A DNA stretch of 58,824 nucleotides, the filler included, from Basidioascus undulatus (Eukaryota): the NCBI GenBank assembly GCA_000826855.1. It is 5 parts of 5 records of this genome, joined end to end, with 100 filler letters (N's around TTAATTAATTAA, not from the genome) between each part and the next. Parts side by side here need not be neighbours in the genome. Positions count along the whole stretch, not along the records: positions 47,179 to 58,824 come from JTLS01000990.1; 4 more parts are not named here. The stretch is one strand, 5' to 3'. The notes beneath the pieces were generated by a model. That model was given only the letters and a program-made list of their open reading frames with translations, ran no database searches and was not told the DNA's origin. A program made the translations under genes and the position numbers. The first letter of the stretch is position 1, and each line of letters opens with the position of its first letter. This document shows positions 53,570-58,824 of the stretch, piece by piece.

Positions 53570-54660
53570 TTACTGAACTTCCCTCACGAAATCGTCACCA
53601 TTACTGGGTGCAGTCCTTCATTGTGGAACCCAAGCAAGCCCGATCTTGGATGGCAGAAGTGCTGCAAAGGACTTTGGACATGCCTGGCGGAACGCAAACG
53701 CGAGAGCTCCTCATTCAAAGGATTACTTGATTCAGAAAGAATACCTGTAGATCTTATTCCCGGTGCTAGGACCTGAAACAACAGCGGGAGCAAGGCAGGT
53801 TGTACACGCTCAGATGTCCAACTGAGGAGATTCAGAAGTGCGTTTCTGAGAAGACGCCGTCCACAGTCCAGTTCGCCGCTGGTGGAAGGGAGTCGCAGTA
53901 TGGCCGGGCTGTATTTTGAGTGCACTGTGTTGTTGCCGGGGCTCAACGACGTGCCTGCCCCGACAGCGAGAGTCCAAGGGTTCATCTCGAAGCAGCGTTC
54001 TCGGGGCGGGACCGTCGACGTTGCACATCCTCGCCGCCAACAATGTCCGCACATTCTCACGGAACTGGCAATCCATTTAATCGACCAGATGCAACCGGAG
54101 AGTCTCACTGTCCTTCGGTCCTTTGCCGAGCTACGCACGCTCGAGTACTCTATCAACTGGAGGGACAGTGCACGGTCACCGGAGGCATCCTCGTCGCCAT
54201 CGAGAGCTTCGAGCTCCCGAAGTTGCAGAACCTCACTATCGCGGAGGACGGCGGCTTTAACGCGCGGTGCAGCTTCCCCGCGCTGGAGAGTCTCGATCTG
54301 CCGGTGGGTGCATACGATGCTGCTGCACTGGACGACTTTGCCATGCGCCACGGTCCTCAGTTGAAGCGTCTCGAACACGTCACTCTATACGAAGAGTTGG
54401 CCCACCGCCGACTTCCTGTGGGGGTGCTGCAATCTTCAGTCGATCAGCATGACCGTCCCGTTCGACGACATCCCTCGATAATGGGAGCTCTGCCGCCCTC
54501 GCTAGCAGAGACCTCCTCGCTACGACGGATCGATCTTAGTCCTGTCTTCCTCAACTGTCCACCTGCTTCGGCCGAGGCGGACAGGATCAAGGAGATTACC
54601 TCGCAGTTTGCTGAAAAGAGGATGGAGCTCGAATACAACTACCAGGAATGTCCGCGGTGA
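53570..54660 (+). pseudogene. Degenerate F-box/LRR-like gene
   Basis: LLNFPHEIV F-box-like start; LRR-like FAELRTLEY, LPKLQNLTI, FPALESLDL, LRRIDL distributed over different frames with an intervening stop. Confidence 0.4.
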
Positions 54661-54797
54661 TCACGTCATGCCTGGTTCAATGCATTTACGCGTGCCTAAT
54701 GAGCACCTGCACTGTGCTTGCATTTGCGTTGACTTTGCCTTGGGAAGTTTGCCATTCACGATCGAATTGGTGTACGCAAAGCAGACACAACCGTGCA

Positions 54798-55937
54798 TCA
54801 ACCGCCTCTCCGAGCCCTCAGCGTCCTCCTCGCCTTGATCGCCCCCAGCAGCGCGCTGAGCACGATGCCCATCTCCACGCCCCTCCCAAGCACTCTCCGT
54901 CCTCCCCACACCGCGCCAATCTCCCTCAGCGCCTCGCTCCACCTTACCGCGCGCCGCGCAACGACGACCCTCACCGCCTGCCTGCACGCCGGGCACGCGG
55001 GCGAGTTTGTCGTCAGCACCGGCGCCGGGCGCCCGGACGTATGGCCCCGCCGCTCCGCGCGCAGCGCGCGGGAGAGGAGCAGCGCGTGGTGCCGCTCTCC
55101 GTCCGAGTGCGAGTTGAACCACCGCACGAAGCACTCGCGGTGGAAGGCGTGCTTCGACGGCTGCTGCACGCAGAACTGCTCGAGCGGCCGGTCGGCCGCC
55201 GGGGGCTCGAAACAGATTAGGCAGATATCTTGCTCTGCTTCTGCGTCCGATTCTGGGGATGGAGGCGCGGAAGCGGAGCGGGAATGGCTGCGGCGGCGGA
55301 GGCTTGGCTTCGCTCGAGTGGGATGCGGGTGGGGCGACCCCTGGATGGAGAGGCGTGAGCGGAGGCCCCTGCTTGAGAGCCAGAGGACGAGAGAGCGCTG
55401 GGTCTCGTGAAAGAGGGCGAAGAGGAGGGTGAGGGGGAGGAGGTGCTTGAGCGGAGGAGGCGTGCCTGGGAGGCGAAGGGGTAGGGGGAGGGGTGCGAAG
55501 GGAGTTAGGAGGAGATGCGGGAGCGCTATGCGCGATGGTCGCGATAGCGGGATGAGCAGCGCGTAAGCCACCTGAAAGAAAACCAAAACTCAGTAAACCT
55601 TAATCCTTTTCGCCGCATAATTGGTGAACGTCGCAGAACCAGCACGCACGAGCAGCTCGCACGCTCCCCACACAGCCAGGTCCCCCGCATTCCCGTCCGC
55701 GCCCTCCTTCATCAACCACCTCACGACCCTCCTCCACCGGCTGAGCCCCGCGCGCTCTGCCCGCGGCTCAGGCTCAGCAGGTCCGAGCCCAAAGAAGCGC
55801 TCGAGCTCCGCCTCGCTCGGTGGCACACCGATTAGTGCAGGCAGCGCGCACGCCCGCAGGAGGAGCGCGCCGGACGCCCAGGATGTGAACCCGTGCGCGA
55901 GGAAGGTGAGGGAGAGCGAATCGCTTGCTCTTCCCAT
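54798..55937 (-). CDS. Membrane-associated RING-H2 finger protein (putative E3 ligase)
   Basis: Hydrophobic N-terminal segments; intron 55649-55572 (GTGCGT..CTGAG..TTCAG); C-x2-C-x13-C-x6-H-x2-H-x2-C-x45-C-x2-C with conserved W (CFVRW); hydrophobic C-terminal tail. Confidence 0.75.
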
Positions 55938-56254
55938 GAGCGGATGAATGCGGGGTGAAAGAGATGATGAAGGGAGAAGACAAGGAGCGAAGGATAGATG
56001 CAGCGGGCTGCCCATGAAGCTCAGTTTTTCACGTGACTGCAATTCCGTTGTGAAACTGCACGCGGCGTGTACAGCAAGGGAAGTCGCTTCAGATCAGCCA
56101 ATCTCGCACTAGTCTCACAGATTTGTGTATATGTCAATAGAGGAAGGTAATACAGCGGAACAAGTGAAACAAGCAGTACAACTCGGACGCAGCTCCTACC
56201 GACAGAAGTCCTTTCACCCCCTCACAGCCTCAAGCAATTGGACGCAAATACCCT

Positions 56255-57865
56255 TCACTCCCCGTTCGCCGCGTCCGCGTACGACCTGCCCTCCTCGATG
56301 CGTGCGTCCGGCTGGGGGGTCCCGTCTGCCTCGAGAGGTGTGGGGAACTCATCTCTGTCGAGCTTGACCTTGGCGGAGGGGGCGTTGCTGCCCGCGCGGT
56401 CTCCCGCGATGGCCTCCGCAAAGCTGCGCCCCTCCTCGACGTGGCTCGAGGTGCCGTCGAGCTTGGGGAAGTCCGCATCCGAGCTCGTCGCCGGCTCCGA
56501 CGCATCGGCACTGGCCCCGCGCGGGTTCTGCGCGTCCTCCTCAGCGGTGTGGACCGAGTGGTTCGCCGCCTTCGACGGCGCCGCACCTGCCTGCGTACGC
56601 ATGGGGACGGGCTCGTTCAGGAGCGCATCGTCCTTGCCGTTGCTCTTGCCTGCCGCGGATTTCTTGGGAGACGGGATGTAGCGCCTAGAGAAGAAGAAGA
56701 GCGAAGGAAAGAGGGGCAAGCGCGAACGCGAAGGAAAGCAGTGATGACATGCATCAGCGTCGAGGCGTGCGAGCGGGAGGCAGGAAGGCGCGGATGATGG
56801 CCCAGAGGAAGGAAACCCACTCCATGGTTTGGTACGTGTAGTCTATGCCCTTCTCATACAGCTCCGACGCGTTCCGGCGCCCCTCGGAGAGCACCTTGCC
56901 CGGCAGACTCGCGACGCCGTTCGCGACGCGGTACGCCGACTGCAGGCCCTCGTTCACCGGGTCGTACGCCTTCCTTGCCTGCGCCTGCGCCTGGGGGGCC
57001 TTGCCCGCGGCCTTCTCGAGGCGGCCCTCGAGGGCGTGCACGAGCGTGGAGACGACGAGGAGGAACCAGGTCAGGACGGGGAGGATGATGTGATAGCTGT
57101 GGAAGGAACAAAGTGCAAGGTCAGCGCTGCGAGAAGACGCAGTGGCCAACATGACGACGTACAAGAAGCCGATGATCGGCAGCTTGGCAAGGCGCTCTAA
57201 AATCCCAAGCGGACCGTGCTCCTCGACGCGGGTGACGAGGATGTCGGGGTCGTCAGGGAGGGCGAGGTCGCTCCTGCGGGGACGCATGGCGGCAGCGTCA
57301 GTGATGTTCCGGCTGCAGACGTATGCAATTTGAACAAGACTGGGACGCACCCCTTGGTTGACCCGAAGTGGAGAACCGTCGTGAAGTGCACGGGGAAGTA
57401 GCTGGTCACGCCGGGGATGATCGAGGGGACGCGAGGGCGGATTCTCGAGAGCGTCTTGATCGTCGCACGGGAAGTCCTGTCCACCGCGAGGCGCAGGCTT
57501 CAGCCGTGCGCCCACCCCTAGTCCCGCCTTCTCACCGAGGTAATAAACAAATGACTTACTGGTCGTCCCACTCTATCGCCCGAATCTCAGGCTCGAACGC
57601 GTTCAGGTCCGCGTACAGCTGCGAGAGCTTCTTGACGTTGGCGATGCCGGACGTGCGGGCCCAGGGCGCGGTGTAGACGACCTCGGTGCTAAAGTGGTGG
57701 TTGATTGCGGACTGGCGGTCGGGCGCGTCGTGCGAGAAGAGGCGCTGGGCGAGCTCGGGGACTGTTTACAGACCGTGAGCATGCGTGATGAGTCGGGGAA
57801 AGGTTGGTTAGGGAAGACGACTCACTGCCAACGGGCGCGGGGTGCTCTTCAGACGGCGTAGACAT
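56255..57865 (-). CDS. Hypothetical protein: NTF2/SnoaL-like N-terminus, transmembrane segment, disordered C-terminus
   Basis: MSTPSEEHPAPVG-SPELAQRLFS...AINHHFSTEVVYTAPWARTSGIANVKKLSQLY; ILVTRVEEH; LPIIGFL-YHIILPVLTWFLLVVSTLV; several canonical introns and strong GC3 bias. Confidence 0.7.
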
Positions 57866-58824
57866 GGCGATGGCGGTTTTGTAATGGGATCTGGTGAAGG
57901 AACGGAATATAAAAGTGGGATGGTGGATGTACTAGAGAAAGAAGCGAGAGCAGAGGTCGAGAGTGGAGAAGGATGAGCTTCCTCACGCCTGCGAAGCTCC
58001 ATCCCGACGTCATCTCAACGCCAAATTTCACGTGCATGACACTTACTGTTCGCCTGGACCGGCCAAGATGCGCTGGCGCTCCTGTCTGTGACGGTGAAAA
58101 CTTTCTGGAGCAATGTCATGAAGACGGAAGAAATACAGCATATAATACTTCGGGTTGGCTTTGTGCAAGAGCTGAGTATGTCCGAGACTGACAGCAAGGC
58201 TGCAGAAAGACGCTGCCGTGCACTCCGCGAAGTCCCAGACCATCTCATCACCGAGCAGCTCCGCTAGGAAAACGGAATACTGGACCATTTGAACGCTTAT
58301 TTTCAAAAACATACAGCCATGTTGTGACTGACCCTGTTTGATTTGGGCTTGTAGTAGTGATTGGCCTTGCAGTTTGGACGTGCAGCAGCTGATGCAAGCG
58401 CGAGTAGCACTGCCTGCCGCAATCAACCTTGCGAGAAAATGATTTCCTGCATGGACCAGCAAACATCCACCTGTTGTCACGTCAACTGCAAGCAGTCCCA
58501 GTCCAACCAATTTTACCTATGCCAGCAACCTGTGCCAGCACAGAGACATGAAACAAAACAGTACTCTAAATCGGCAGTACCCCAGCAGTTTTGTCTCCTT
58601 CAGAATGCCATTCTGAATGGCTGTGAGGAACCCATCTGACAGCCACAGTGGTGGTGACCTTCTGTGAACAAGCTTGGATGGGACTCATGTCCTCATGTCT
58701 GGGACTCACATACTCATGTCCCTGGAGATGTCCATGTCCCTTGCTGTCAAGAATTCAACTGGGCGGGGCAGACCACAGCGGGGGCTACCAGCTGACGGGG
58801 CTTTATGGTGGCAGGGATAGATTA

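Noticed and set aside
55572..55598. 27-nt ultra-short intron in the RING gene
   Set aside because: A canonical GTGCGT donor at 55649 gives a normal 78-nt phase-0 intron with the same acceptor
58200..58824. Possible transposon relic at the window end
   Set aside because: TG/CA-rich with short repeats (actcatgtcc) but no recognisable transposase or terminal motif

Overview
Intron-rich, GC-rich fungal DNA of basidiomycete type (GTGCGT/GTGAGT donors, CTRAC branch points, YAG acceptors). The window is not one locus. It consists of five contigs of near-identical, decreasing length (11700, 11699, 11699, 11680, 11646 bp) joined by artificial 100-bp N44-TTAATTAATTAA-N44 linkers, and an Illumina adapter remnant sits at the end of contig 1. 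Contig 1: RPL5, CAP2, a small secreted-protein gene interrupted by an in-frame TGA, a truncated OPT transporter, PSD2. Contig 2: a mitochondrial-carrier-motif protein, two relics of an uncharacterised family, a frameshifted polyamine oxidase pseudogene next to an intact aldehyde dehydrogenase, a SAM methyltransferase. Contig 3: FUM1, a PIF/Harbinger transposase relic, SPB1, eIF5B. Contig 4: partial tRNA-Ile(AAT), a RECQL-type helicase with a DEGH motif, an SREBP-type bHLH, an intron-containing tRNA-Gly. Contig 5: an atypical PAK/STE20-like kinase, PAF-acetylhydrolase, an F-box/LRR relic, a membrane RING-H2 protein, an NTF2-like membrane protein. I found no clearly new multi-gene system. The best leads are the TGA-interrupted secreted protein, catalytic-motif variants, micro-exons carrying catalytic motifs, and the amine oxidase/ALDH pair. 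All family calls come from recognising motifs by eye; no database search was run.
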